A DNA stretch of 36,357 nucleotides from a virus (IMGVR_UViG_3300030433_000071:1-36357); one strand, 5' to 3'; shown: positions 9,347 to 18,138, numbered from the stretch's first letter. Notes: generated by a model from the letters alone, not told the origin. Made by a program: numbers and translations.

Positions 9347-10111
9347 TTACGACTTAACGAATGACCAAATGCGCTGTTCACTGCCCGCGGTTGCTACGCT
9401 TACAGATGCGGTTGCCGCCGTTCCGCTTTGGACGAGGTGACCGACCCAAACGTGCATATCTCGGTTAAACGTAGTTTCAAAATCAACCCCATTTAGATTT
9501 GGCATCGCATAAGCATTATCGGTGTAAGCACTCCCCAAAACTATTGCGCCATCCTCGCCCGTGTCTACCGTCAAGGTTCCTGTCCCTGTGTCGGTGTCAC
9601 TGTGGGTTGCCCCGCCGCCTATGAGCCATGCGTAAACGTACATTCCCTGCCTGTTGCTTGATCCTTCACTACAGGCCACAGAGATTGATGACGCGGCAGA
9701 CGTTGCCGTAAATTTGAAAAATTGTTGATGTCCGTAAACTGGGCTGTACCAATCCCTTGTGGATGACAGCGTAGTTGGCGTCGAACTTTGGATTGTCGTG
9801 GTGCCGAAAGCGTAGTCACCAAACCCTGTGGTTTTTGCTATCACGATCAAGTCGCCAACCGCTACGCTTGCAGACAGACTGCCGCTGTAGCTGGTGGAGT
9901 TTGCGTTTGTGTCAATAACCTTTCCGTAGGTTTTGAGCGTTATAGCCGCTGACGCTCCGTAAAATTCATTAAAAGCAGACTGCGCCCCTGATGTTTTGCT
10001 AATCAGTGCGCGAATATCGGAATCGTTTAGTGCGGCCTGCGTTCCCGATGTACCGCCAGCCTCTACATGAATATCATTGAGGCTTATCTGCCCGCTAGAC
10101 TGAAGCGCCAT
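9347..10111 (-). CDS. Putative receptor-binding / fibre-tip protein
   Basis: N-terminal MALQSSGQISLNDI motif typically follows S74-chaperone fibres; Ser/Thr-rich beta-type remainder. Confidence 0.65.
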   Translation of the reverse strand: MALQSSGQISLNDIHVEAGGTSGTQAALNDSDIRALISKTSGAQSAFNEFYGASAAITLKTYGKVIDTNANSTSYSGSLSASVAVGDLIVIAKTTGFGDYAFGTTTIQSSTPTTLSSTRDWYSPVYGHQQFFKFTATSAASSISVACSEGSSNRQGMYVYAWLIGGGATHSDTDTGTGTLTVDTGEDGAIVLGSAYTDNAYAMPNLNGVDFETTFNRDMHVWVGHLVQSGTAATASVSVATAGSEQRIWSFVKS

Positions 10112-11876
10112 TCTTCAACGCCTCCACCTCTGCTCGTAGCTCAGAGACCGCATTGATCAACACAGCGCATAGCTTTTCGTAGTCCACCGTCTTGTAGACA
10201 GTTTCCTCGTCGCCCAGCAATGGCATCGTGGTGTCGTGTACGATCTCCGGAATGACCTGCTCGACTTCTTGAGCGATCACACCATAATCACGCTGTCCCT
10301 CACGCGAGCCTGCATTCCATGTGTACGTTACGCCACGCAATGCGTCTACAGTGTCTAGTGCGCCTGTAATGTCCTGTACGTCATCTTTTAGGCGCTCGTC
10401 TGATATGGTTGTGGAGTATGCAATTACGTTGCCGTCAACGTGTAGATCGCCGTCATTTTCCAGACGCATCTCCTCAGACGCTCCGGTCCAGAAGCGCATG
10501 GTGTTGCCGTTGTGGTGATAAGAGATTCTGCCAGCATCAGCATCGCCGCTGTCACCAAACTGGATAATACTGTCGGCTGTGGCTCCTCCAATAGACAAGC
10601 GCAGTATTGCATCGTCACCAGAGCCTGTATGCTGATTGTGAACGCGCAATACCGCATCACCACTAGACGGCGCTCTTATATCAAGCGGGAAAGATGGCGC
10701 TGATGTCCCAATTCCTACCTTACCATCGCTATCAATACGCATCCGCTCTGTGCCAGCAGACCAAAAACCCATTGAGTCGTTTGAGTGGGTATATCGAATC
10801 AGGCCGCGATAGCTAGCGTTACCTGTAGTGCCATCTGCAAACTGAATGTCGCCTGTTCCTGTAGTGGTGCTGTGGATTGTCATTCCAGCAGAGCCAGAGC
10901 CAGAGCCAATCTGCAGCTCATCACCATTGCCGCCACCAAGCGTTGATGTTGTGCGACCTAAAAGCAAGCGACCAGAGCTATCAATACGCATACGCTCTGC
11001 GGCATTAACATTAAAATACATAAGGTCAGTAGAATTGTCGTAACCAATTCGACCGGCATCAACGTCAGCGCTATCGCCAAACATCAGAATAGATGAGTTA
11101 GAAGTACCGGACGTAATTGCAACATTTGTTCCAGCAGAGCTTGAAACGTGAAGTTTTTGACCGGGGCTCGTAGTACCAATACCTACGTTCTGTGACGAAT
11201 CAATCGTGATAGCGGTGCTCGTCCCGTTATCGTCGATGCCTGTAGAGGTGAACGTAGTAAATGTACCTGCGGCGGCTGTAGTGCCACCAATAGTCGCACC
11301 ATTAATAGTCCCGCCGTTAATATCGGCTGATGTGATTGTCAGTGATGCGGCTGTGTCGCCAGACGATAAATATCCAGCCGCACCGTGGTCTCCCCAGCCA
11401 TAAGCTGTATTCCAGTTTGTGCTGTTGCCGCCTGTGGTTACAATCTCACCAGTTATGGTGATGCCGGTATTTGTGGTCTCTAGCTTGACGTTGTGATTGT
11501 AGTAAAGGCGCACTTCTTGGTTATCATGGAAAAACGCCATGTTGTTGCCGCTGGCATCCTCGATAACAACATTATGGCCCTGTATGTGCAGGTTGCCTGT
11601 GCCATCTTCTTTGATATAGCTATGCGAGCCATCATGGTAAATCTGTAGATCATCGCCGTCACCAAACACCGCTTTGCCGCTGTCACCAAAGTCAATGTTG
11701 CTGCCGTTAGTGTCTAAAGCGCCGCCTAGCTGTGGAGAAGTATCGTCAACAATATCACTTAGCTTATCGCTATTAAGGTTGATAAAGTTGGCGTCTAACT
11801 CTGCGTGAGTAAGCTCCGAACCTTTGGCGGTTGTGCCATCAGGCTGGTCCGTTGTCCGGGTTACTAGTGTAGCCAT
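10095..11876 (-). CDS. Tail fibre with C-terminal intramolecular chaperone (peptidase S74 domain)
   Basis: SDERLKDDV...GVIAQEVEQVIPEIV...VDYEKL; repeated ERMRIDS.G.VGIGT modules. Confidence 0.9.
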   Translation of the reverse strand: MATLVTRTTDQPDGTTAKGSELTHAELDANFINLNSDKLSDIVDDTSPQLGGALDTNGSNIDFGDSGKAVFGDGDDLQIYHDGSHSYIKEDGTGNLHIQGHNVVIEDASGNNMAFFHDNQEVRLYYNHNVKLETTNTGITITGEIVTTGGNSTNWNTAYGWGDHGAAGYLSSGDTAASLTITSADINGGTINGATIGGTTAAAGTFTTFTSTGIDDNGTSTAITIDSSQNVGIGTTSPGQKLHVSSSAGTNVAITSGTSNSSILMFGDSADVDAGRIGYDNSTDLMYFNVNAAERMRIDSSGRLLLGRTTSTLGGGNGDELQIGSGSGSAGMTIHSTTTGTGDIQFADGTTGNASYRGLIRYTHSNDSMGFWSAGTERMRIDSDGKVGIGTSAPSFPLDIRAPSSGDAVLRVHNQHTGSGDDAILRLSIGGATADSIIQFGDSGDADAGRISYHHNGNTMRFWTGASEEMRLENDGDLHVDGNVIAYSTTISDERLKDDVQDITGALDTVDALRGVTYTWNAGSREGQRDYGVIAQEVEQVIPEIVHDTTMPLLGDEETVYKTVDYEKLCAVLINAVSELRAEVEALKNGASV

Positions 11877-12289
11877 TAGTCAAGAGTCACCTTCAGATTG
11901 CCAGCGTTGATCCGCAGCACATCGCCAGTGCTTACGGTCTTAGACAGTGCAGTAGTGAAATCAGAGGGATCTGTTAACTGTGCATGAGCCAGCATATTGC
12001 CGCCTGTAAGCGCGTCAAAGACACCGGCATGGGTGATCGTACCCCACGAGCCAGTAGCCTCTGGGAACTCAATAGCGGCGCTTGTGGCGGCTGTGGTAGG
12101 TGACGTACCTGATACCGTAAATGCGGCAGTCTGACGCGCATACCCGCTACCAGATAGCTCAGTACCTGCAGCGGAATCGCTGGCAGCTGACGTAAACAGC
12201 CCAACGTAGAGTGTGGACGGCGCTGTATACGCTGTGCCGCCGAAAACGTGATCGAGGATCTTATCCTCTAGATAATCTGAAAAGCTCAT
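11876..12289 (-). CDS. Conserved phage structural protein (tail/fibre associated)
   Basis: MSFSDYLEDKILDHVF..YTAPSTLYVGLFT...SGSGYARQ...FPEATGSWGTITH...DALTGGNML family motif. Confidence 0.75.
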   Translation of the reverse strand: MSFSDYLEDKILDHVFGGTAYTAPSTLYVGLFTSAASDSAAGTELSGSGYARQTAAFTVSGTSPTTAATSAAIEFPEATGSWGTITHAGVFDALTGGNMLAHAQLTDPSDFTTALSKTVSTGDVLRINAGNLKVTLD

Positions 12290-12909
12290 CCTAGCCCCTT
12301 AACTTTTAGTGTCAGACCAGACCCGGAATACGATGCGAGGTCTGCGCTCTGATTAACTCTGTCCCGGGCAGCAGAATACAGCTGCGCCCAGACGGTAACC
12401 CGCTGGTCTTCTGCAAGGTATGGCGCTGAATGCAGCAGAGAGCCATACAGGTAAACATCCGGGTGGTCGGTTAGCAGCCAGTTAGTGGCATTGCTAGATG
12501 ACAGCGCCGGGATCTTCTCGTAATACAGCAGTTCGACCTCATATGTGCCGTCCGGGGTAGGGAACACTTCAAACGCTCTCTCAGCGTGCCGGTAGAACTT
12601 AGGCTCTCCCGTAGTGTTCTCTGTACCCGCACGTTTGTCTGCCATTGATGCAGCTGACAAGTATTCCAGATGACGTGTGCCGCCACTGGTGATATTCATG
12701 CGGATCGTCTCAAGCCAATCTGACGGTCGGTCCAGATACTGCTGGTCTAAGTCAGCCGTTGCCCGGTTCTCCATCTCATAGTGGCGGATATCGCGGTTAA
12801 TCTGTGCCTCAGCCAGCGTGATGAAGTCGGGAATGACCGTAGTCAGGTCATCACGGTTCAGAAAGTCAGCGATCGACGCCTTTAGCTCAGTGTAGTTGGA
12901 CAGTGCCAT
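12286..12909 (-). CDS. Head-tail adaptor protein
   Basis: YTELKASIADFLNRDDLT..IPDFITLAE, PTPD..YEVELLYY and NWLL..PDVYLYGSL motifs of podovirus adaptors. Confidence 0.85.
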   Translation of the reverse strand: MALSNYTELKASIADFLNRDDLTTVIPDFITLAEAQINRDIRHYEMENRATADLDQQYLDRPSDWLETIRMNITSGGTRHLEYLSAASMADKRAGTENTTGEPKFYRHAERAFEVFPTPDGTYEVELLYYEKIPALSSSNATNWLLTDHPDVYLYGSLLHSAPYLAEDQRVTVWAQLYSAARDRVNQSADLASYSGSGLTLKVKGLG

Positions 12910-13071
12910 TTACTTTTTCTTCCGCTTCTTGGCAGTCTTAGCTGACTGCTTGAACGCCTTAGCCGTTGGCGCACCCTTAGACCCGGGCTTACGCATCTTC
13001 TCTTTTGAGCCAGCCTTGATGCGCTTACGCTTGGCGTGAATGTTCGCGTACAGCCCCTTTTTACTTGGCAT
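12910..13071 (-). CDS. 53-aa highly basic protein (not in ORF track)
   Basis: MPSKKGLYANIHAKRKRIKAGSKEKMRKPGSKGAPTAKAFKQSAKTAKKRKKK*; its stop abuts the adaptor ATG (TAAATG). Confidence 0.85.
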   Translation of the reverse strand: MPSKKGLYANIHAKRKRIKAGSKEKMRKPGSKGAPTAKAFKQSAKTAKKRKKK

Positions 13072-13186
13072 ATCTGCGTCTCGCTTTTGTCTTGGTCTTG
13101 GCCTTAGCCTTGCAGCGACCGGCCTTCTTGCAGCCTGCCGGAGTAGGGCATCCCTTACACGCCTTAAAAGCCGCTTTACTTGCCAC
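13061..13186 (-). CDS. 41-aa basic four-cysteine microprotein (not in ORF track)
   Basis: GTG start; MASKAAFKACKGCPTPAGCKKAGRCKAKAKTKTKARRRYAK*. Confidence 0.7.
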   Translation of the reverse strand: MASKAAFKACKGCPTPAGCKKAGRCKAKAKTKTKARRRYAK

Positions 13187-13220
13187 GGCGCTTCTTTCCC
13201 TTACCTTTACATCCAGCCAT
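13176..13220 (-). CDS. 14-aa basic micropeptide (not in ORF track)
   Basis: MAGCKGKGKKRRGK*; ATG overlaps the upstream TGA (TGATG), with AAGGAG upstream. Confidence 0.5.
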   Translation of the reverse strand: MAGCKGKGKKRRGK

Positions 13221-13453
13221 CACTTACTCCTTGACTTAGTACCAGAACACTTCCACCGCTTACGGGATAGCCGCAGCGGTGAGTTTGGATCTTTTGCAGC
13301 CTTCGGGTGGCTCTTCATCTGACCCGCTGACCGGGCGCAATATGAGTTGCCTTTCTTAGTCCCGGGCTTAACCTTCGCGCCCTTCTGACCGTAGCTGACC
13401 TTCTTGCCGGACGCGGTGCGCTTGGCTCTTGCCTTACCTTTCGCTGGCTTCAT
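13220..13453 (-). CDS. 77-aa highly basic protein
   Basis: KKVSYGQKG...SYCARSAGQ...AAKDPNSPLRLSRKRWKC; GAGG RBS. Confidence 0.85.
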   Translation of the reverse strand: MKPAKGKARAKRTASGKKVSYGQKGAKVKPGTKKGNSYCARSAGQMKSHPKAAKDPNSPLRLSRKRWKCSGTKSRSK

Positions 13454-13465
13454 CTGTGACCTCGT

Positions 13466-13471
13466 ATTATA
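13466..13471 (-). promoter_or_regulatory. Possible -10 element TATAAT ahead of the basic microprotein cluster
   Basis: Consensus hexamer in a 22-bp intergenic gap; no clear -35. Confidence 0.35.
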
Positions 13472-13475
13472 CCTG

Positions 13476-14876
13476 TTACCGCTGCCTTTCTATATATGAC
13501 ATCAGCCCATCAAGCCACTGCTGATCAGGAACGATGTAGCCGTCTTTGCGCTTATTCATAGCGTCGATAGCCTCGGTGTGCGTGAATGGTCTTGGTACGC
13601 TGCCACCCGTCATTCTCTGCCTCGCAGCTTGGTAGTAATCGGGGAACATCACTGAAAACGGCACCGTCTGCTCCAGCGACCCAAAATAGCTGCCCGGCAT
13701 CACGGTGTCATATGACTGATGCCTGCTACTTGGGAACACGTCCCGAGACACGTCCGGCAGCAGCATTGTGAATCCAGACTCACCAAGTTCTGCTTGGCGC
13801 AATGCAGGAAGCGTAGACGCCTCAAGCACCTGCCCATAGGACGGGAAGCCTCTGTCCCTGTATTTCGCCATACCCATCAGTGTGGTGAATTTAGTGCGGC
13901 GCTTGCCCTCATTAGGGAAGTCGCCTCGACCGAGAATCCAATCGATTGCGTCTGGACTGTCCAGCCCGGGCCAATCTTTGTATGTTGCTTTCAGGTCTTT
14001 ATCAAACGCTGCCTTGTCTTTTTTGGGGATGTTGATGTTCTTGGTCTGCAAAAACATCACCTCTGCTGGCGGCGTTGAAAAGTTTACTGATTCCAGCCCC
14101 ATCGTGTTATAAATCCCTATGGGCTGCCTGCCTGTCTCATCAGCAATTCTCTTGAACTTGTCATGCTGGGATTGGGCTACCGCAAGGTTTGATTGCCAAG
14201 CCTCTGGGTTAGCCTGCGGGTATTGAGCGCCACCCTGAACGGGAACCGACCTGCCGGTTGGAACTCCGCCCACCATATCTATCAGTCCGATAAATGATCT
14301 GTCTCCACGCACTGGCGTTAATGCGTAATCACCAGATGCCAGCACCTCTGGACTAATGTATGTCTGCGGAAAATCTTGTATCTCCCTGATAGTCTCACCT
14401 TGATTGGCTATCGCAATCGCCTCCCTGTCAGCAAAGCCTTTGCTGCCGCTCATAGCCTTATCGTAGCTTGTCTCAGCCCTTTTGATCTGGGTTGGGTTAT
14501 CAAGGTACTCTGGACTAAGAAAGCCCAAATCAAGAAGCCTGTCCTCTTTGCCTCCGCGCCGAGCTATCCCCATCAGCACCGCAGATGCAGCGTCACCTAG
14601 CACTGGCACAACGCCTGCAGCGGTCGCAGCGCCCATGAGTCCAGCGGTCGCGTAATCACCCTTCTTCGCGGCGTCTACGGTTTCTGCAGCGCCTTTCGCG
14701 TCACCTATGAAGGGCAGTAAGTCCACAACCGACAGCAGCCCCTCAGCGGCCCTATACGCGGCATACGGGTTGTCTTCATATAGGCCCAGACCTATCAAGC
14801 CAGATGCGATCTTGTCTCGTGCTGACTCAATGAAGCCCGGCTCGTATGGCTGCAGCTGCGGCATATCCCTGCTCAT
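13476..14876 (-). CDS. Protein with pre-toxin-like N-terminal domain and C-terminal domain of unknown function
   Basis: First ~100 aa are paralogous to 14873..16201 (DLLPFIGDAKG..E...G.Y..VPVLGD); the remainder is unrelated to it. Confidence 0.8.
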   Translation of the reverse strand: MSRDMPQLQPYEPGFIESARDKIASGLIGLGLYEDNPYAAYRAAEGLLSVVDLLPFIGDAKGAAETVDAAKKGDYATAGLMGAATAAGVVPVLGDAASAVLMGIARRGGKEDRLLDLGFLSPEYLDNPTQIKRAETSYDKAMSGSKGFADREAIAIANQGETIREIQDFPQTYISPEVLASGDYALTPVRGDRSFIGLIDMVGGVPTGRSVPVQGGAQYPQANPEAWQSNLAVAQSQHDKFKRIADETGRQPIGIYNTMGLESVNFSTPPAEVMFLQTKNINIPKKDKAAFDKDLKATYKDWPGLDSPDAIDWILGRGDFPNEGKRRTKFTTLMGMAKYRDRGFPSYGQVLEASTLPALRQAELGESGFTMLLPDVSRDVFPSSRHQSYDTVMPGSYFGSLEQTVPFSVMFPDYYQAARQRMTGGSVPRPFTHTEAIDAMNKRKDGYIVPDQQWLDGLMSYIERQR

Positions 14877-16201
14877 TGCTTCTTTTCCCAGCTTTCTGTT
14901 AAACGCTCAATAATTCCCAGTAGGGCAGGCTCTCCGTCTGGGCCTTCAAACTTTAAGTAACCTTCCGGGTCTTGGTTAAGGAACCGGCTGCCGGTCTCTG
15001 ACAAATCGACTATGCCCCTTTGCGGGTCATAAGTGCGACCGTAAACGTGCTGCATTGCATAAGGCGCAGAATTGCCTCTTCTAGCTGCGGGCAGTCCCAT
15101 CTCATATAAGCCCTTCGCGTTTTTGAACCTCATAGCCTCTGTTAAGAATGCCTCAGACTCTCCAGCAGAAAGCAGATAGTTCCTGTAATCGGGCAGCTTT
15201 CCAACGGACTGAATACGCCTGCTCGCAAGATCGTATGGGTCTAACTGTTCACGCCCAACCAAGGCAGGAAACAGATCATCCGATTGATCATGATCCCTAA
15301 GCCATCGCTTCTCGTTCCAGAACGCATCTCGCGCTTTTTGGTTAGCGTTATTACCTGCTCCACGGTTCAGCCCCTGCAGATCCTGTACCGCGTGCTGAAG
15401 CTCATGCACTGTTGTTGACGCCATATCATCAAGCATATCTGGCGATCTTGTCCCAACGCCGATAAAAGGAACCACATATGGCTCATCTGGGTCGCGGACA
15501 ATATTTAGCAGGCCGTCACCTTCACTGTAATATCCCGCCATATCTTCTTTGCGTAAATCTTCAAACGACAGATCCAGCATCTCAAGATCAGGCAGCGTCT
15601 CAAACAGCCTGTCGTGCCTATACATATCGGTAATAGGCTCTCGTACCCTTGGCATACTTCGATTCGTATCTGAGAACGTGTCCCTGATAGCGTCATAAGC
15701 ACGCTGCGTGAACTGCGCCTCATTGTCAGGTAGCTCGGTTCTCCACTGACCATCTGCGCCCCTAAAGAACGCCGTTTGGTTATAAATCTCAGAAGGCGTC
15801 ACACCCTTCTCTTCAAGCTCCTGCGCCTTAGCGTAATCGTCCGCATCACCCAGCGTGTGCTTAAACGTAGCGACACGGGCTGGGCTGACAAACATTGATT
15901 TAAGTGCGCCTGCTGCAACATCGCCAACGCCCGGGATTGCCCCTAGCGCGGTAAGCAGGCCAGTGACTGCAGCCTCACCGTAGTTACCCTCTGCTGCAGC
16001 GTCAGCGGTTTCTGCGCCGCCCTTCACATCACCGACAATAGGGACAAAGTCCAGCAGGCCAGAAAGGTTTTCTGCCATCCTGTATGCGCGGTATGGGTTG
16101 TTTTTGTACAGACCTAGACCGAGCAGCCCCTCAGCAATGCTGTTGGTTGCAGTGTCTACAAGCCCCGGCTCATACGGGGCTAACTGAGGATTAGTAGCCA
16201 T
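14873..16201 (-). CDS. Polyvalent-type protein: pre-toxin-like N-terminus, LPD23-like domain and HExxH zincin-like metallopeptidase
   Basis: IYNQTAFFRGADGQWRTELPD (LPD23-like), TTVHELQHAVQDLQG (HExxH) and downstream YLLSAGESEA. Confidence 0.75.
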   Translation of the reverse strand: MATNPQLAPYEPGLVDTATNSIAEGLLGLGLYKNNPYRAYRMAENLSGLLDFVPIVGDVKGGAETADAAAEGNYGEAAVTGLLTALGAIPGVGDVAAGALKSMFVSPARVATFKHTLGDADDYAKAQELEEKGVTPSEIYNQTAFFRGADGQWRTELPDNEAQFTQRAYDAIRDTFSDTNRSMPRVREPITDMYRHDRLFETLPDLEMLDLSFEDLRKEDMAGYYSEGDGLLNIVRDPDEPYVVPFIGVGTRSPDMLDDMASTTVHELQHAVQDLQGLNRGAGNNANQKARDAFWNEKRWLRDHDQSDDLFPALVGREQLDPYDLASRRIQSVGKLPDYRNYLLSAGESEAFLTEAMRFKNAKGLYEMGLPAARRGNSAPYAMQHVYGRTYDPQRGIVDLSETGSRFLNQDPEGYLKFEGPDGEPALLGIIERLTESWEKKQ

Positions 16202-16206
16202 CCCCC

Positions 16207-16215
16207 ATTATACCA
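16207..16215 (-). promoter_or_regulatory. Extended -10 element TGGTATAAT, 5 nt upstream of the ATG at 16201
   Basis: Minus strand reads TGA TGGTATAAT GGGGG ATG directly after the TerL stop. Confidence 0.55.
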
Positions 16216-17496
16216 TCAGGCGATGCCTTGTAGGTTACGGCGTATCGGGTCGCCCCAGTTACTGGTCTCACGGTGACCGACCGCCAGATACCGGAATGCG
16301 TCAGCACTGTGGCTCGACCAATCGTGTGCCGGTCTACCCTTCCACACCCGGTTATTGTCATCGTACTCACGGTGATACGCTCGTAGCGCGTCAATCAGAT
16401 GGTTGCACTTCTCAGCGTCAAACCAGCACGTTGCCAGCAGCGACCGGGACGCCTGTATCCCGTCATCCACGTTTAGCTGCGGGGCGATCTGGATGTTGTT
16501 AAGGCCCAGACTCTGCAGCGTCTCTAGCCGTGACTTGCCCGATCCTAGCTCCCGGACCCGGACATCATGCGGCAGGATATGCTGATCGTAGATGTAGCCC
16601 TTCTGCTGCAGCACCCTAACGTAGTGGTCTAGACCCACGCCAGAAGCCTCGTAGTGGTCGATTACCCGGGTCTCTGGGCCTACCTTCTGGCAGAACACTA
16701 TCGCCGTTGTATCGCCTATACCTAAGTCCCACGCCGTGATCACTGGCACCCGGGTCTCATACGGCACTGCGGTGATCCTGCCTTGTGCGTTAGCGTCACG
16801 CATCTCTAACGAATAGTACGCGCCCTCATGGTGGGTCAGAAATGCGCCTTCCCAAATGTGATCGTAGTTGTCTGGGCGCTTCTCAAAGTCATTGCGCCGG
16901 ACTAGGTCCAGCACTTTGGGGAAGTAGGGATTGTCGCGCCAGTTGATCTCTACGATCTTGCTGCTCTCTGGCGGGTCTTTGCGGAACCGCTGGTGCGTAG
17001 CTGATAGGTTGCTCTCCGGGTTCCACGATACCCATAGCTCAGAGCCTTCCTCGCGGATCGTAGGGTCCAGCTTGTCCCATGCGGTGCCTGACACCGTCTC
17101 TGCCTCATCAACCCAGCAGAGCAGGATACGGGCCTTTGACTTGATACTGTCTAAGTTGCGCCGCAGCCCGGAAAAGGTGAACTCGATATTCCCGTCCCGG
17201 GACCGTATGTACCGCTCACCGACCTCGTAGTAATCAGCCAGCCACTCGTAGGATGATATAGCGCCTGACACCTCTTCAAATGAGCTATCAGACAGGCTGT
17301 TCATGAACTCACGAGCGCAGAGGATCTGGCCCGACCTGCCCTGATTACCCCAGATGTATCCGCGTACAGCAGCCATGATTGCAAAAGAGCGGCTCTTGCC
17401 AGAACCACGCCCACCATAAGCACAACGGTAACGCGCCTCGCCACTGAACAGGTCTACCAGCTTCGGGGGTAGTTCAATCGTCGCAATATTCGTCAT
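16216..17496 (-). CDS. terL: Terminase large subunit (PBSX/Terminase_3-like)
   Basis: Walker A YGGRGSGKS, Walker B CWVDEAE, nuclease motifs AWDLG and HSADAFRY. Confidence 0.97.
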   Translation of the reverse strand: MTNIATIELPPKLVDLFSGEARYRCAYGGRGSGKSRSFAIMAAVRGYIWGNQGRSGQILCAREFMNSLSDSSFEEVSGAISSYEWLADYYEVGERYIRSRDGNIEFTFSGLRRNLDSIKSKARILLCWVDEAETVSGTAWDKLDPTIREEGSELWVSWNPESNLSATHQRFRKDPPESSKIVEINWRDNPYFPKVLDLVRRNDFEKRPDNYDHIWEGAFLTHHEGAYYSLEMRDANAQGRITAVPYETRVPVITAWDLGIGDTTAIVFCQKVGPETRVIDHYEASGVGLDHYVRVLQQKGYIYDQHILPHDVRVRELGSGKSRLETLQSLGLNNIQIAPQLNVDDGIQASRSLLATCWFDAEKCNHLIDALRAYHREYDDNNRVWKGRPAHDWSSHSADAFRYLAVGHRETSNWGDPIRRNLQGIA

Positions 17497-17782
17497 CTGG
17501 CAGCCGGGGGATTAACTCAATAACCGTAGGCGACATACTGCCGTCACTGGTCGTTAGATCAACCTCAGTAGCCTTCAGCTTCGGCTCAGTGTACGCAGCG
17601 ATCTTGTCCCATGCGTCGATACTGGCCTTGATATCAGCCGTCTCACCGCTCTTAGCGATCTCGTGCAGCCTATCTGCCTGCTCTGCCATACGCATGATTG
17701 GGTGGAAGTCATCGCCGTACATATCCTGTAGCCGGGACAGTAGGAACTTCTTGTTGCGGTTTGGTACGCCTCGCCTGCTCAC
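17474..17782 (-). CDS. terS: Terminase small subunit (putative)
   Basis: 102 aa overlapping the TerL start; R.GVPN..K N-terminus and Y..PKLKA.EVDLT motif. Confidence 0.7.
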   Translation of the reverse strand: MSRRGVPNRNKKFLLSRLQDMYGDDFHPIMRMAEQADRLHEIAKSGETADIKASIDAWDKIAAYTEPKLKATEVDLTTSDGSMSPTVIELIPRLPDDEYCDD

Positions 17783-18021
17783 TCTGAGATCAACTCACTG
17801 ATATCTAACATTAAATCCGACCGCTCTGGGTGCGGTATGCCGTCTGCCCACCACTCCCCTACGGTGCTGCCACAGTGTATCTCGCCGTCCTGTATGTCCT
17901 TAGCGTCCATAGGATAACTCTCTACACTACCGTCTGAGAATGCGACCAGATACGTTCCCTCGACCTCTGGCATCTCGCCGTAGGCTACCGGGTACCACTG
18001 TATGCTCAACAGCTGCTGCAT
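17779..18021 (-). CDS. DUF551-like small protein
   Basis: W.PV...MPE..GTYLV....G...W...P.P pattern; GGGGAG RBS. Confidence 0.6.
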   Translation of the reverse strand: MQQLLSIQWYPVAYGEMPEVEGTYLVAFSDGSVESYPMDAKDIQDGEIHCGSTVGEWWADGIPHPERSDLMLDISELISE

Positions 18022-18037
18022 CGCACTCTCCCCAATA

Positions 18038-18138
18038 GGTGACGCAGACGGTCAAATACTACTCTCTATGAGTTAGTTGGCCCCTTTCGTATCTGACCTA
18101 TAACGATGCTGCGCCTCACCGCCGGAGGGAGGGGCCGG
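18038..18138 (-). ncRNA. Candidate structured RNA (nested stems plus possible pseudoknot) upstream of the terminase operon
   Basis: 18038-18047 pairs with 18109-18120 (2-nt bulge); 18050-18059 with 18089-18098 (one G-U on the minus strand); 18061-64 with 18070-73; loop 18079-18085 is complementary to 18130-18136. Confidence 0.55.

Noticed and set aside
7249-11876. Diversity-generating retroelement acting on the fibre genes
   Set aside because: I found no reverse transcriptase gene and no template/variable repeat pair differing at adenines.
854-16201. Short G[LI][LM] motifs near the termini of several putative virion cargo proteins as a packaging signal
   Set aside because: A three-residue motif is too short to distinguish from chance without an alignment of homologues.
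16191-16394. 67-aa minus-strand ORF as an immunity gene for the effector-like pair
   Set aside because: It lies almost wholly inside the terL 3' end in another frame, and I saw no protein-like features.
18038-18138. tRNA, hammerhead or known riboswitch identity for the structured region
   Set aside because: No cloverleaf or TTCGA T-loop, no CUGANGA core to go with the GAAA, and no aptamer consensus I recognise; kept only as an unassigned structure.
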